Below, piece after piece: positions 38,407 to 52,136 of a stretch of 64,000 bases of DNA. Both the position numbers and the translations under genes were made by a program. Source of the DNA: Chrysomallon squamiferum (lineage: Eukaryota; Animalia; Mollusca); contig CM022673.1 of NCBI GenBank assembly GCA_012295275.1, positions 6,758,001-6,822,000 of the forward strand, written 5' to 3'. Numbering within the stretch: position 1 is the stretch's first letter; each line of letters begins with the position of its first letter. The notes beneath the pieces are model-generated. The model did no database searches. It saw only the letters and a list, made by a program, of their open reading frames with translations, and had not been told where the DNA came from.

Positions 38407-41400
38407 ACATATTTATCCAGGACTGCATATTTAGACAGCTCTGAATTATTCTCATTCTATGCTGAAAATTATACTTAACATCCTCTTTGATTTTTTAAAG
38501 AGAAGGAAATAAATCAAAGGGAGGTAACTGTGGACAGCATTATTGCTTCCTGACATGTCATAATTTATGTGTACAGTTCTCACACAAGTATTAAGCTAGT
38601 TTTTATATACTACAGATTAAGCAGTTTTCAAATACTTCTAGTTTTAGAATTTTTGTAATTACTAATACTAAAAAATATAACAATGAATGTAAGTATTTAC
38701 ATGGATGGGGGAAGGATTTTGAAAACCTGGGATTATTTAGGAAGGTTTTGAATGAATTGGGAATGTTTGAGAAATACAGATTTTAACTGAATCACATAAT
38801 GCAGATATTTGGTTACTCGGAAATGTAGGTTTTGCACAAATCTATCACTGTAACTTTTTTTAGTTAGTGTCTCAGTTGCATACATTATCTAAGGTATCAT
38901 TTTTTTAAATATATTATTAAAAAAATCTTTTTACTGTTTTTTAATATATTATATATATTTTTTTTGTTTTGTTTACTTTTTATAATTTTTCACAATAGTT
39001 TATTCAGATGTTTAGTCACCGAAATTTGTGAAAAGAAATCATTTTGTGAAATTAAAAAAAAAAAAAAGAATTTAAAAATTAAAAATGACATTACTTTATT
39101 GATTACATTTTTATTTTTGCCTCCATTTCTTTAATTTGCCAATCGCACACTTGCCAAAATTTTAATTAAATCAAATTATCTCAGGGAAATTTAAAGAATT
39201 TAAAGAATTGTCTCATGCTGAAGTCAGGGCAAGCAACATTCCAAAATAAAAATGTATTGGTTCAGTTTGTAAAATGTTATTTATTTAAGGGGACATGTGA
39301 CCCTAGCCATGAAAATAAGTCACAAACTTGTAGTTGAAAAAAGATTGCCTACACCTGTTTTAGGTTAAACTGAACATTCACATTTTGAGAAAAATGTTTT
39401 TAAGTATCTCTGATATGTTAATAACACTGGAAGAAACAGATATGTTTAATTTTTTTAAATTTTTTTTTAAATAATCAGTGTTGCCAGTATAATTAATTTC
39501 GACAATCAAGGTCATATTTAGTTTGTAAAATTTTAATCCTTTAACTGTTTAATTGAATTCTGTGACCATTCCTGTAATGATGTTGATTATACAACAAAAA
39601 AACAACAACAACAACAACCAGTATTCATATTTTTTTGCTTACAGATTGATATTATGTTTCAGAGTTTCTGAGGATATGTTTGCTTCTTGCAGCATAATGG
39701 GAATTGTTTTTAACACCATGAAGTTAGTTCTGCTTTCTCCAGTTAATTAATGGTGATAAAATCTGGAACGAATATATCCGCTTATCACAAGGAAAGCATC
39801 AACAGAATTCAGATTTTAAATGTTTTATCTTTTCTTTTTTTAAAATGTATTTTTTAAATTTTATATCATTTCATTTAATTATTTCATTATTTTTTTTTAA
39901 CAACTCATAACATTAAGAGGTGTCTTCCATTAAGTTTTGCCATACATTTCCATCCAAATTTCTTACAGTCTACATAACTTACTTTTTTGTTGTTGCTTTT
40001 GGCTTTAAATATTTGCATCCTAAGGTGGTGAAAATCTGTTAACTTAATTTGTGCCATAGCTACAGCTGTAGTCTTGTCCTGGTGAAATAATAAATGTATT
40101 ACTGATGTAACTAATACTGGTAAAATGTATATGTACTAACTTACCTTTGGTGTATGTTTTATCTTATCTGACTTAACCATTTTTTCCTAGCTCCACATTT
40201 GTCTGTCAGGTTATTTTTTAATGTTAACTATTTATCTCTATACATTTACATTACAGTTAACATGTTTGTATTTAAGTTTTTATTATTACAGAGTAAAATG
40301 TCCACAGGTTAAACCATAATATGTAAAGAAGAACTGCTAAAAATTAAGACTAACTTCACTGGTTATCAAAATAATGAGAATTCAACAAGACTAACATTAT
40401 TTTCATAAAACCAGTAGAAAATATTCAATACATTCTTGTATAATGACCCAGAAGGAATACTTGCTGCAGCCAGTGCATGGGCCAGGTTTACTGATTAGCA
40501 GTAAGTTAAGTTATTCACCTACTCATTGATGGGAAAGAGTGTTCCTATGGTGGTAGAGGGAAATAGTTTAATGAGATAACATGGCATCAGGCCATTGTGA
40601 AAACTACAACTTGATTTGAAACAACGTTCAGATGTAGAATTTGGATTTAACTTTTAGGTACATTTTATTTTGCGTGGCTCAAACTATGTATCTGTCTTTG
40701 TTTATTTCTTGAATTTAATACATATTTGCATAATGTTTTGTTTTTTTTTTATTTGATATATTGAGTTATTTAATAAATAATGAAAATGATTTTTAACATA
40801 ATAAAATATTAATTCTAATTTTGTGTTATAGTTGTTTTTCATTTATTTTTTAAAATTATACAATATTTTAGTGTCACTGATGAATATCTATTATTACTCT
40901 ACAATAGACATACATGCATGCATATCTCTCTCTCTCACTCACACACACAGAGACAGACAGACACTCATTTCCACATAAAAAATAAAAACGAGTGTTTATT
41001 CTTATTCACAGATTTTATTACAAAATCACAACTTTTGTTTGTGTATCAGAAACATACTTGTGTGGTTTGAAATTAAAAATTTACCATCAGTACAAACTTA
41101 GCTGCTTCCTCTTCATGGTATAATGTCATTTATAAGTTGGGATTTGATTTTTTTTCAATGTTAACTGCAGACAAAGTTTATCTAAAATAACCGTAACTGA
41201 TTCCAAAATAATAATAATTATTATTATGATTATAAAGGAAAAAGGAAAACATAACAAAATGTTTTTCGAGATTAAAAAAAGAAAAAGAAAAAGAAAAAGA
41301 CAAAAAAGAAAAAAAGAAATTGTTGTATGATGGCATTGCTTCAAAATTAAAATAAAATAATAATTACTTCTTAATTTTTTTAACTCCAGTTGAAAAAATA

Positions 41401-41447
41401 TTCCTGTAAATTTTTGAACATTCTTTGTTGAAACTGGAATGTGTGTC

Positions 41448-41507
<60 letters not shown>

Positions 41508-43782
41508 TATATATATAAATTACAAAAATAATAGTCCCAAAGACAAATAATTAAGAAGACAAGTGTTAACACTTTAAAACAAATTCCTAAAATATAATTA
41601 TATTATAAAAAAACAAAAAAATGATACACAAGTACATTGAAAATGTGTGAAATAACCAATGTTTTAAGTACTAGTTGGGAGTTTATAATTCAATTATGGG
41701 ATAGCATTGCCTGCTTTAATGTTGCATAAATACATGGAATGTTAGCAGTTACGTTTCAAAACACTTTTCCATCCCCATATGTGGCAAAATAAAAAAAAAT
41801 GCAAATGAGGATCAACAAAAGCTTTTTTTTTTTTTTTTAAAAGTCTCATTTATCATCAAAATAAAATATTTTAAATACTGCATTGATATAAACGACTTTT
41901 ATGAAAAGTTAAAAAAAAAACAAATTAGCTAATTTCTATGTAATTGTACTTCATAGCTATGCCAGCTTGTATGTTAATTGTTTTCTATTTTCAGGCTCTG
42001 ATTATGAAACACAAATACTTTCATTCAGTTATTTATGTTCTACCTACATAAGTGACTTGAATGTTTAGTAAAATACCACTAAATACTATTTCTGATGTAA
42101 AAGATTCTAAATTAAACAAACCATTAAAAACAACCCAAAAAGTTTAAAAACACCCTTTCCAGAATAATATAGTGGGATTATCTTTTCTTTAAAAAAAAAA
42201 CAAAAAAACAATTTTAATCTGCCCAAGTCTAAATGTAGATAAATCATTTTATTAAATTAATGACTTTTAACTGTGCATTTCTAACTTAAACCACCCCCCA
42301 AACATTCAGTTTTTATTAATTCTTTGTTTCTTGTCTTTATAATAATCACTCTGTCATTTTAAGCATGTTTCAGGTTACCGGTAAACAGGTAAATAATAGA
42401 TTAATTAAAATAATTAAAATATATTTTTATATTTACATGACATGCATGTAATAATTGGTCCCACAGCAAAATCATGCAGCTATAGGTCAGATTACCAATA
42501 ACAATAGGAATGATAAATATAATAAACAATCATATATAAACAAATATTAACTTTCATTTATTGTGAATACTATGGCAACATGTAGATAGTAACTGGAATA
42601 GTTATAAATCTAAAGAGCAGACATAATATGAATACATTTTTTTTTTTAAAACCTAAAGAAAACATGATTTTTATTTATCAAAGAAAACATTTTTTTCTAT
42701 CCATTAAAAATTTATTATTTTAAATAAACTGTTTGATCTTTCAAAATTCTGTCAAAAAAAAAAAAAAAAAACTAAATGGAAATTTATTAATTTTATTTAT
42801 TTTTTTATTTTTTTTTTTTTTTAAAGAAATGAAGAAGATGGAAATAAATTTAATTTATGGATATTTATTCAGATTTTACAACGGAAATGTTGTTAATGAT
42901 CATCAGTCCATAAAAGTTTCTGGTTTTGTTGTTTTACTACGAATTTTGTCACTGACACTCCAAGAAGCAGTGCAGGTTAGAGAGAAGGTGGGTGGAGATG
43001 GGTGGAGATGGGTGGATGATGGCAACAAAAACCGGGTTAAGACAAGGAGGCCCACGATGATTGATAATAATAACAAATCTGTTTTTAAAACCCAAATATA
43101 TATATATATATATAACAACTGTAATGAACTATGTAAACATTTTAAAAGAAATATTTTTTTTTTTCACAGATTAAATACTTAAGAAATAGTTATTCTCAAT
43201 TTGGACGAATATTCCAGATAAACAAGTGGATTAAGTACAATTTTATTTAAACACACATAATTTGTATTTTTTTTTTTTTTTTTTTTTTAATGATCCCACA
43301 TTTTTTGGAAGTGCAGTGCATACATACAAAACTAGCCAAGAGCTATCCAATACGTATTTTGACTAAAACACTGGAATCTTGAAATATATGCTCATGTAAA
43401 TTTATGACAAAGTAATGAAAAGTGAGATATCACAAAAGTAAATATTGTTCTAGGAGGCACAGTTGGATATTTGCAGCATCAATCAACAGTTACATTCAGA
43501 ATAATTTAAAATATTTTTTTTTTTTTTTTTTTTTTCACAAAAACACCGCTGAAATACATTATTTAATTTTTCAGTTATTGGAAGTCAAATAATAGGCAAT
43601 TTTTTAGACTATTTTAACTTAATTTATTATTATTTTAAAAAAAACTATTGCTTGAGTAGCGAGAAATTACAATGAAGACTATTTGTGACACATAATGATG
43701 TGTGAAGACTTTTTAAATTAACATATTAAATAATCCAGATAACTTCATGCAAAAACCTGGTCCCATATTTTTCAAAATATTA

Positions 43783-43832
<50 letters not shown>

Positions 43833-45465
43833 AAAGAATCATGAATTAATAAAATTAAAAAAATAGGAAAGTAAATATACAGTTATGTGCAGTAATAATT
43901 TGTGCTCTTTTCAAGAGAAAACAATTCTAAAATTTTCATCTAAAGTAAATTTATCATAAAATATATACACCACACGTATTTTTTTTGTTCTTATTTATTG
44001 TTATACATGCAACTTTATGAGCCTAACTGAAAAATCAAACTGCCAAACTGAAAGACATAGGCATTTACAGTATAAACTGGTGGTCCAAAATTAGAAGCCA
44101 TTAATTTAGATTTTATAATCTTTAACAAAGTTTGGGTTAGGGTCAAAAAAAAAAAAAAAAAATAAAAAAAAAAAAAAAAAAAGAAGAAAAAATTAGTAAT
44201 TAATTACAAGCTCAACAACTCTAAAAATATATTAAAGAAAAAGATTTAAATAATACATTTCCTAAAATGTTAGAAATTCAATAATTCTGTTCAATTTATA
44301 AACTTTCTCTCTCACATTTTCACCTATTCACAAATCTAAAATCTACTGTGTTCTTAACTACAATTTTCCAAAGCTCAATATACATGTCCTGTACAAGGAT
44401 ACGACTACATAGTATATTGCTGAGAAAACAATTTCACAGTTTCTGTATACATAAGTATTCTTTCATATATAAAAATAATTCTAGGCATAAAACATAACAA
44501 AAACATTTATTTTCATGATTTTTGCTTTTAAAGGTATCTGATAATTGTAATTATAATTTTTTTTTTTTCCCCTTTCTGTTTTGTTCTAAAAGCCCTTGCT
44601 ATATACAGAAAACAGATCTATGCTGAAACATTACGGATACATGTGTTTTGTAGAAGCCACAAAAACTAATATTAACAGCCTGTCCCATTATGCATTGTAT
44701 ACTGACAGGACACACAAACAAATGGAATACATTTTCTTTTTATACTGTATAAAATAAAAACTTAGTCAATACTTGATATATTACACTTAGCAGGTTTATA
44801 ACAAAAAGAAAAAAACATAACCGAATAGCTACAGAACTAAAATTTATGTTTTGCATCAATTATTTTACAATAATAGTAATAATAATGTCTATGATAGGGC
44901 AAGTCAGTGAAAATGAAAGCAAATGTAATAATAACAAAAATAATAAACAATCTAATGTTCATAACTTAAAATAATTGGAATTTTTTTTTTGCAATTAAAG
45001 AACACCTTAAAGATCACTTTTTTCTTTTTTTAAATATTTTAATTAAATGTTGACACAAACAAATAACAAATACACAATTAATTTAAATTAAAAAATAAAC
45101 ATAATTAAATAAATAAAACAAAAATTACAAAAACATTTCAATAAATTAATAGGATCTTCCTGATTATTCTGAATAAATATAAATAAATAAAAAAAAACCC
45201 AAAAACAACAACTGATAATAAAAATAAATACACCCTTTGTGGAAAATATTTTTCAAAAATAATCCTTAAAAAAACAAAAACCCCTAATTTTTCTTAACAT
45301 TAAAAACAAAAATTACAGTTTCAGACTTTTGCCTGGGGAAGAAATAAACCTTACTGATTCCACAAAAATGTCCGTACAGTGATATGATGCAAAACACAAA
45401 CATCAGCACAAAAGCCACAGCATTTTCTTGTTTCACCAAGCTGCAGTTGTTCTTGTGATGTCTCT

Positions 45466-45648
45466 CTATTTCGACAGTCCTCCAGTCATGTTGTTTCCCA
45501 TGTACTGTGGGTCTCGCGTCATTAGACAGGCGAACATTGTCATGATCATTTTTGGTTTCGATTCCACAATGTCTTCTGGCAAGGCATACACTCTAGCACC
45601 AAGCTTCCAAGAAAGGTTAATGGCGTATTTGGCGTTCTTCAGTTTATC
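45466..45648 (-). CDS. PLS: Plastin last exon: [43 protein letters not shown]...GLSK*
   Basis: cttcag| acceptor, TAG at 45468-45466. Confidence 0.95.
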   Translation of the reverse strand, partial: DKLKNAKYAINLSWKLGARVYALPEDIVESKPKMIMTMFACLMTRDPQYMGNNMTGGLSK

Positions 45649-46313
45649 CTGAAGTGAAGCAGAAGAAAATGGAATAAAATAAAAAGGGGCAAAACAAATG
45701 TAATAATAATAATAATAATAAAACATTGCAAAATGAATAGAAAAAATTCTGCAAGTTCAAATACAAAAGTGAAATAGATGAAAATGAAATGAAGCAAAGA
45801 ACTCAAGAATTATATTAATTAAGTATGAAAAAAAAATAAAAATCATTCCAAAATGAACACTTATTCTACAAACTGATACAAGTTACAGTCAGGTTATAAT
45901 AATTGTTTCACTAGCCAACTAATGATGAAAATCTGAATGATGGTAGAACCTGATGATATCAATGTATTGTACTTAACTGATCAAAATGTTATAGGGAACA
46001 CATGAAATTCTGTTATAAATAAAAGTAACTAAATGTACAGGAGAAATAAAAAAATGTACTACAGAGATTAACAAACGCGTCATAAATATTACTGTGGCAT
46101 TTTCATTTTCAAAATCAATATCTATACATTTATGTATGTAACAAATAAAAAAAAAAAAAAAAATGGGTAGTTTTAAATAAAAATCAACAAAACCTTTTTT
46201 ACACCCCACCCTCACATGACATCTTCCAATACACAAATCTCCAGCTGGAACAGGGGCATCACAGAAATGAATTAAATAATGAAATGTGATTGGCTGGAAG
46301 TTCACCGACTCAC

Positions 46314-46448
46314 CTCCTCATTGGTTGCTTTCTTAACAAGGTCGTAGTTGACACAGCCTGGTTTCAGTTTGTCTATCAGGTTCAGGATGATGGTGCCATC
46401 AGACAGATTGGGATCACCGAAACTCGTTATTCTGTATTTGCCTGCAAG
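46314..46448 (-). CDS. PLS: Plastin exon (CH4): LAGKYRITSFGDPNLSDGTIILNLIDKLKPGCVNYDLVKKATNEE
   Basis: aaaaaaag| acceptor (only nearby in-phase AG), GAG|GTGAGT donor, phase 0-0. Confidence 0.9.
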
Positions 46449-46750
46449 CTTTTTTTACAAAGAGAAGTAATTGAAGTTAAAACTAATGTTAAGTGAAGGC
46501 ACTGTTGGTGAAAAAGTGTTTAATGAAAATTATAAAAAAGAAAGAAAAAAAAAAAAAAAAAAAAATTGTTATAATAAGCAATAATATAGTGTATAATGCT
46601 TTGAAAAGAAAAACAATATTTTTCTTTAAAAGCTATCTTTTTCAATGTTCAGCTATGTTTCATTATTAATGTCATAAGCAATAAATAAAAGATAAACAAA
46701 CAAACAAACCCCCCACCACCAAAGCCAAAAAAACCCACAAAAACACTTAC

Positions 46751-46866
46751 CATTTTGTTTGCCCATTCCAGAATGTCCTGCTCAAGGATCATATTCTTGT
46801 CACCACTAGCTGCGAGTTTAGCAAGGATGTGTAGTGTGTACGCTCTCATCAGCTGCCAGATCAAGG
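46751..46866 (-). CDS. PLS: Plastin exon: ALIWQLMRAYTLHILAKL...ILEWANKM
   Basis: ttccag| ... ATG|GTAAGT, phase 1-0. Confidence 0.95.
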
Positions 46867-47222
46867 CTGGAATAAAACAAACTTCAGTTAAGAAAATCAT
46901 ACAGATTTCAATGGTACAAAACTACATGCTTTGATTGTTTATTCAATTAATCGCTTTTCTCAGTTCATACGATGTTTTTATTTTGAGACTAAATGAAATT
47001 TTGATTAACAAAATTACATTATTTTTTTTTTTTTTTTTTTTTATTTTTTTTTTCAGTTTCAAGAATGAAAGAAAAAAAAAAAAAAATGTCATAAAAGAAA
47101 GAAAAATTTGAAAAAAACCTAAACAAAAAGACTGTAATACCATTCAAAATTTACACTATTCAGAAGCTATAAAACGTGAAATGTAATACAGACTTGGCAG
47201 GTTAAAAAACAAACTGTATTAC

Positions 47223-47324
47223 CTAGTGTCAGCGTTGGGTTGCCTTCTAGAATGTCTTGTCCTCCAATCCCAACAAGAGAAAATCCAAATGTTTTTGCTA
47301 GTTCAATGACATAATTACAGTTCT
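47223..47324 (-). CDS. PLS: Plastin exon (CH3): [34 protein letters not shown]
   Basis: tttcag| ... TAG|GTAATA, phase 1-1. Confidence 0.95.
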
Positions 47325-47971
47325 CTGAAAGATAAAATAATCTGAATTATTTTCATGTACACATCTTACAAACAATTTCAGCCATTTTTTTTTTAGGTTA
47401 TTTGAGTAGCATTCATTACAAAAATGTTTTTTTATGTCTTTTTTCAAACTGAGTTAAAACTGGGTGAAGAATTAATCTATTTCTGTATGTCAGTTGATAT
47501 TTGTTTTATTTTAGCGAGTCATTCGTAATTGCTTCGTCAAAGGAAGTCCATGACAAATACTCTGATATGATAGTAAGAGTGTACTGCATTTACTTGTAGA
47601 TTTTAAAGTATTTTCAATGAAAATGCTTGAGATAAGATTTGCAAATGCATTTATTAACCTGACACCAATTACATTAATTACAGCACATTAGGTAACAGTG
47701 AATATTAGCATTCACTGGTTAACTGTCTGCTACAGTGCTATGTTCAGTAGCTTTCTGACTGTTACAACTGAGAAATATTTCATCTTCTTCTATTAAAAAC
47801 ATATTTATTTTATTTATCTTAAAGTTATAAATTGAAATGAAAAAAAAAAGAATGGAATTTCTGATTATGAAATTAATAATAATAATAATAATAAAAAAAA
47901 AATCTGTTTTTTAATTTATAATTATCCTTTGTGTGATTTAATTGTCAAAAAATTTAAAAACAGCTTCATGC

Positions 47972-48148
47972 CTAATTTCTGGAAGTTTATTTTGAGTTTG
48001 CTGAACTTCATGATGACTCTCTGCCAGTCGACAGAGCCTGGTTTAATTATGTCCAGCAGCTGAAAGATGATTATTCCATCCTGGAGATCACTGTACAGGT
48101 ACGAGACAAAGGGTTTCACTCCCAGACTGTTCATCCAGTTGCGATAAG
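47972..48148 (-). CDS. PLS: Plastin exon (CH3): [15 protein letters not shown]...KINFQKL, followed by a GC donor
   Basis: ttccag| ... TAG|GCATGA, phase 1-1. Confidence 0.93.
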
Positions 48149-48195
48149 CTGGAAATGAAATGAAGGGAATAGTGAAAGTAAAATAACAGTAAAAC

Positions 48196-48229
<34 letters not shown>

Positions 48230-48613
48230 CATGTGTCAAATAAAAAGAAAAAGAAAGAGAAATAAAATAAAAAATAAACAGAAGTAGAATAGAATGTCGA
48301 GTCGAGTACAATAAAACATGAACAATCAGTTTATGAAATAAAAGTAATTTGTTTAAAGTAATGCACACCAAATATTTTCATGCCGTAATTGTTAAGATGA
48401 GCTGAACCACAACATGAGGTTAAGATTACAACAAATACATACCTTACTTAAGCAGCTATTTATTTCAGACTTATTTAAACATTTCTAATGATCATTGAAG
48501 CAGCATAATAATAAAAAAAAAAAAAAAATGTGGAAGAATGCCAGTAAAAATACAAAAGCTCTGTAACTTGAGCTAGGAATATTTATGAAAAAAAAACAAA
48601 CAAACAAAATTAC

Positions 48614-48824
48614 TTTTCTCTTCCCTCGTTTCTTCAATTATATCCAACTCCTCATAGTCATCAGGTTTCTCCAAGGCAGGATAATTATTAAACAAGTTGG
48701 CAACGAAGGCAAGATTAAGTTTCTGGTTGCCCTTAACGACATCCTTTGGTCCAATAAAAGATCGACAGTCCAGTTTGTCTGCTTCGTTTAACATCAGTTC
48801 TGCTCTGCCTTCTAAATCTTGTTC
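48614..48824 (-). CDS. PLS: Plastin exon: [21 protein letters not shown]...EETREEK
   Basis: ccatag| ... A|GTAATT, phase 0-1. Confidence 0.95.
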
Positions 48825-49168
48825 CTATGGTAATTCAAAATATGAGTAAGTGAAATGGAAGGGAGAGGGTGTCTGTGTGTGTGTGTGTGTGTCTGTGTGT
48901 GTGTGTTTGAGAGAGAAGAGAGAGTCAGAGAGATAGATAGATAGAGAGAGAGATACTTAACTATCATGTAATAACATTTTTTCTTTACTTTTCTGTGAAA
49001 GAAAAGATACACGTGAAAGGCACAGAAATTAAAGAAATTTTTAAATTAAAAAAGTGTGACTAATTACAGTATTTCAAAAATATTGGCGTTACATCCATGA
49101 AAAACATGTTATAAGGTATTATGTTCTGAATGAAAAAAAAAAAAAAAAACAACTCAGAAACCAGTTAC

Positions 49169-49243
49169 CATCATTGCGTTTGTGTTGACACCTTTGTCTC
49201 TGGGTGCTATCTGGTGCAGCAGGTATGTGTAAGCCTCCGAATC
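49169..49243 (-). CDS. PLS: Plastin exon (CH2): DSEAYTYLLHQIAPRDKGVNTNAMM
   Basis: ttgcag| ... ATG|GTAACT, phase 0-0. Confidence 0.94.
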
Positions 49244-49552
49244 CTGCAAAACAATAAACCACAAACTGAAATAACTGTTCAGTTTTTAAAGTCACATTTA
49301 CAATACATATGTAACTTTTAGATTTTTAGGTAGTATTTTAAGATTTTCTGGGGGAAAAAACCTTTGTTTTTAAATTTAAAAAATAACGAAAAATAAAATA
49401 CATTCAAACAATTGTCCCCTTATGGCTTACTGATATTAGATTTTCCTCATTAACTGACTCAGAGATATTCAACACTGCTGCTACTTGTTATTTAATAATT
49501 GCTTCTGAAGAACAGAGTACTGGAATATTTCCCTTAGCAGGGCAACACATAC

Positions 49553-49741
49553 CTTAATGTCCTCTGTGAAGTTGGCGATTTGTCTGTCAGTTTCTGGTGC
49601 GTTAGCCAGGTGGTAGTTCACCCACCGGAGAAGAATCTGTTCTGGGGACATCTTCCTTAGATCATCGATTGTCTCCCCTTCCTTCAGCAGTCGAACCAAG
49701 CCAGGGTGATGTTGGAGATTTATATCACTTAACAGACCAAT
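49553..49741 (-). CDS. PLS: Plastin exon (CH2): IGLLSDINLQHHPGLVRLL...ANFTEDIK
   Basis: ttgtag| ... AAG|GTATGT, phase 0-0. Confidence 0.96.
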
Positions 49742-49959
49742 CTACAACAAGAATAAAACAACAATAAAATAACGATTTAATCTTTTCTGGCTAAACAGTG
49801 CAAAAAAACCCATCTACTATTAATCAACAAGTGTGGATATTAAAATAGAGCAGCACATTTATTTCTGATTTACACCAATTATCCTCACACACTGGACTTT
49901 AAAACACAGGAAAATATTTAAAATTTACTGCAATAATTTGCCACATTAGAAATAAAAAA

Positions 49960-49990
<31 letters not shown>

Positions 49991-49992
<2 letters not shown>

Positions 49993-50175
49993 TAATTTGC
50001 CACAGTAGTCATCGACACAATGGAATGTATTTTAAAATCTACCCTGATTATTTGCCATAGTAGTCATCGACACAATGGAATGTATTTTAAAATCTACCCT
50101 GATTATTTGCCACAGCAGTCATCGACACAATGGAATGTATTTTAAAATCTACCCTGATTATTTGCCACAGCAGTC
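49991..50175. repeat. 55-bp tandem repeat (about 3.4 copies) spanning a plastin exon/intron junction
   Basis: Units start at 49991, 50046, 50101 and 50156. Confidence 0.95.
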
Positions 50176-50360
50176 CTAGCACCAAATGTGGTTTGCCCTG
50201 GTGGAGGTCCTCTGCGCCGATGTTAACTATGCTGCAGCCGATGGAGGATGCCGAGTTCAGAGCCAACATTAGATTCTCGTGTTTCTTGTACACGCTCAAG
50301 TTTGTTTTGTTAATGATTCGCTCATCTATAGTGTCTGGCGCAGCTTGGTTGATCAGTTTG
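50153..50360 (-). CDS. PLS: Plastin exon (CH1): [14 protein letters not shown]...[11 protein letters not shown]
   Basis: ttctag| ... AGG|GTAGAT, phase 2-0. Confidence 0.96.
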
Positions 50361-50883
50361 CTAGAAAACAACAAGAATATAAAAAAAAAAACACAATTAG
50401 ATTTGGGGTGTATATTTGTGTCAAAATATTTATCCTGTAGACATCGTAACAGTCGTATTTACAAATAAAAAGAGAAATTTTACACCTTCAATGGAGTGAT
50501 GGAATTATTATAGATTTGTTTTTCTATTGTTATTAAATTGCATTCGATTTTCATGCATTTTAAAACTGGGAAAATTCAATAAATGTATTTTACATTCGTT
50601 GATTTCATTTTAAAATAACGAAACTTTGGACTCTAATTAGGAGATTTATATTATTTATCCAGCTATACTGATAACCTAACCTACATCTATCTACTAATAT
50701 CAGTGATACCAACAACATGTATATATATATTTGTTTGAGGGAAAGTGTTGTGTGTATTTTCATCACTGAATCATAAATATTGTTTTTCCCATTAACACAG
50801 TGACACAAACTCTAAATTACAGAATAAAACGTAAGCTCAATAGCCACAGTTTTGATTTCAGATTTCATTGCGGTTATTCTTAC

Positions 50884-50979
50884 CAGAAAATAATACCATC
50901 TCCAACATTTTTGTAGAGAGATTTGCCGTCCATTTCCAGAGGAAGATACTTTTTGCAGTCCGCATCATCGTTCAGATTT
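50884..50979 (-). CDS. PLS: Plastin exon (CH1): NLNDDADCKKYLPLEMDGKSLYKNVGDGIIF
   Basis: ttccag| ... TG|GTAAGA, phase 2-2. Confidence 0.94.
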
Positions 50980-52136
50980 CTGGAAAAATTTTTTTTTATT
51001 ATCTTTAAACAATAACAGAAATAGGAAAAATATAAATAATAAAAAAATAAATTAAAAAATTCAATAAAAAGGAAAAAGATACAATAATAATCTGTTAACT
51101 GGCCTCTCAAAATGTAAAATACAGAGTTTAAAATAAATGTGCATGAAAAAATACACAGGTACTCATTACCACTCTTGATATTATAAATCTGTTCTGATTT
51201 CATGGTGATTGTTAATGTGAAATGTGAGTCTATTTTGTGATAAATCATTATGTGTAAATTATACAACAGCTGGAACGTAACTGGTGATAATGTAAAGGAA
51301 ACAAACATGTAGAAAGAACACATGCACTTTTCTGCATATGCTGTCTATGGATTTATAATAACAGTAAAAACAACAGAAGTTATAAATGTTGTAAAATAAA
51401 CTGAGGTTGAAATAAATTAACAGTATCATGAATTAACAAGGCAATGAATGTGCAACAATCCAATATATGTTTCTAAATTTTTTAAACAATAAAAATAACA
51501 ATACAGGAAGTGGTAACAAGACAGTAAGTAAACAAATGCAATTCCTTTAACACTGAAACATATCTGATCTTGTCAATAATCTTGAGGTAATCTCGTTACG
51601 AGCATGGATTACTTAGAGACAAAAGCAAGTTATACAATCAGTTTTGGGGTAGGACCAGTGCTGAGATTTGATCTCCAGGATGTCCTGACGAAAGGCTGAT
51701 AAAGTAACAAAAGTATCAAGGCTGGCAGAATGGTCTGCACTTCTACATGTCATCTCAGTGAAGCAATCAGAAGCTGATAAAACTGAGGTGATGACAAAAG
51801 TCGATGGTTCAGATAATCAAATTCTGATTAGTAACTGATTATGAAACTTTGTTTCTCTATTCTGCTGTATAACAGAAGCAATGACATGTGACGTTTTTTC
51901 AAGAAATGTTTGAGGATGTATATTTTTTATGTTTTGTGTTTAATGTAGAATATATAGCAAAAAAGTATTTACAAAACTATTTCTAAAAAAAACCAACAAC
52001 TACCAAATACATATCCAAATTAAATGTGCATTTTATGTTACCTATCTATTCTAATGTCCATTATTTATAAACATCATTTTAAAAAAAAAAAAAAAAAAGA
52101 TAATAATAAATAATAAAAACAGTAAAAATGTATTAC

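Noticed and set aside
45433-45468. Stop-codon readthrough of plastin
   Set aside because: TAG-A context is not a leaky one and the extension is only 10 codons.
50130-50468. 112-aa plus-strand ORF
   Set aside because: Antisense to a plastin CH1 exon.
51590-51730. Possible reverse-oriented SINE remnant
   Set aside because: Resemblance to a B-box is too degenerate to call by eye.
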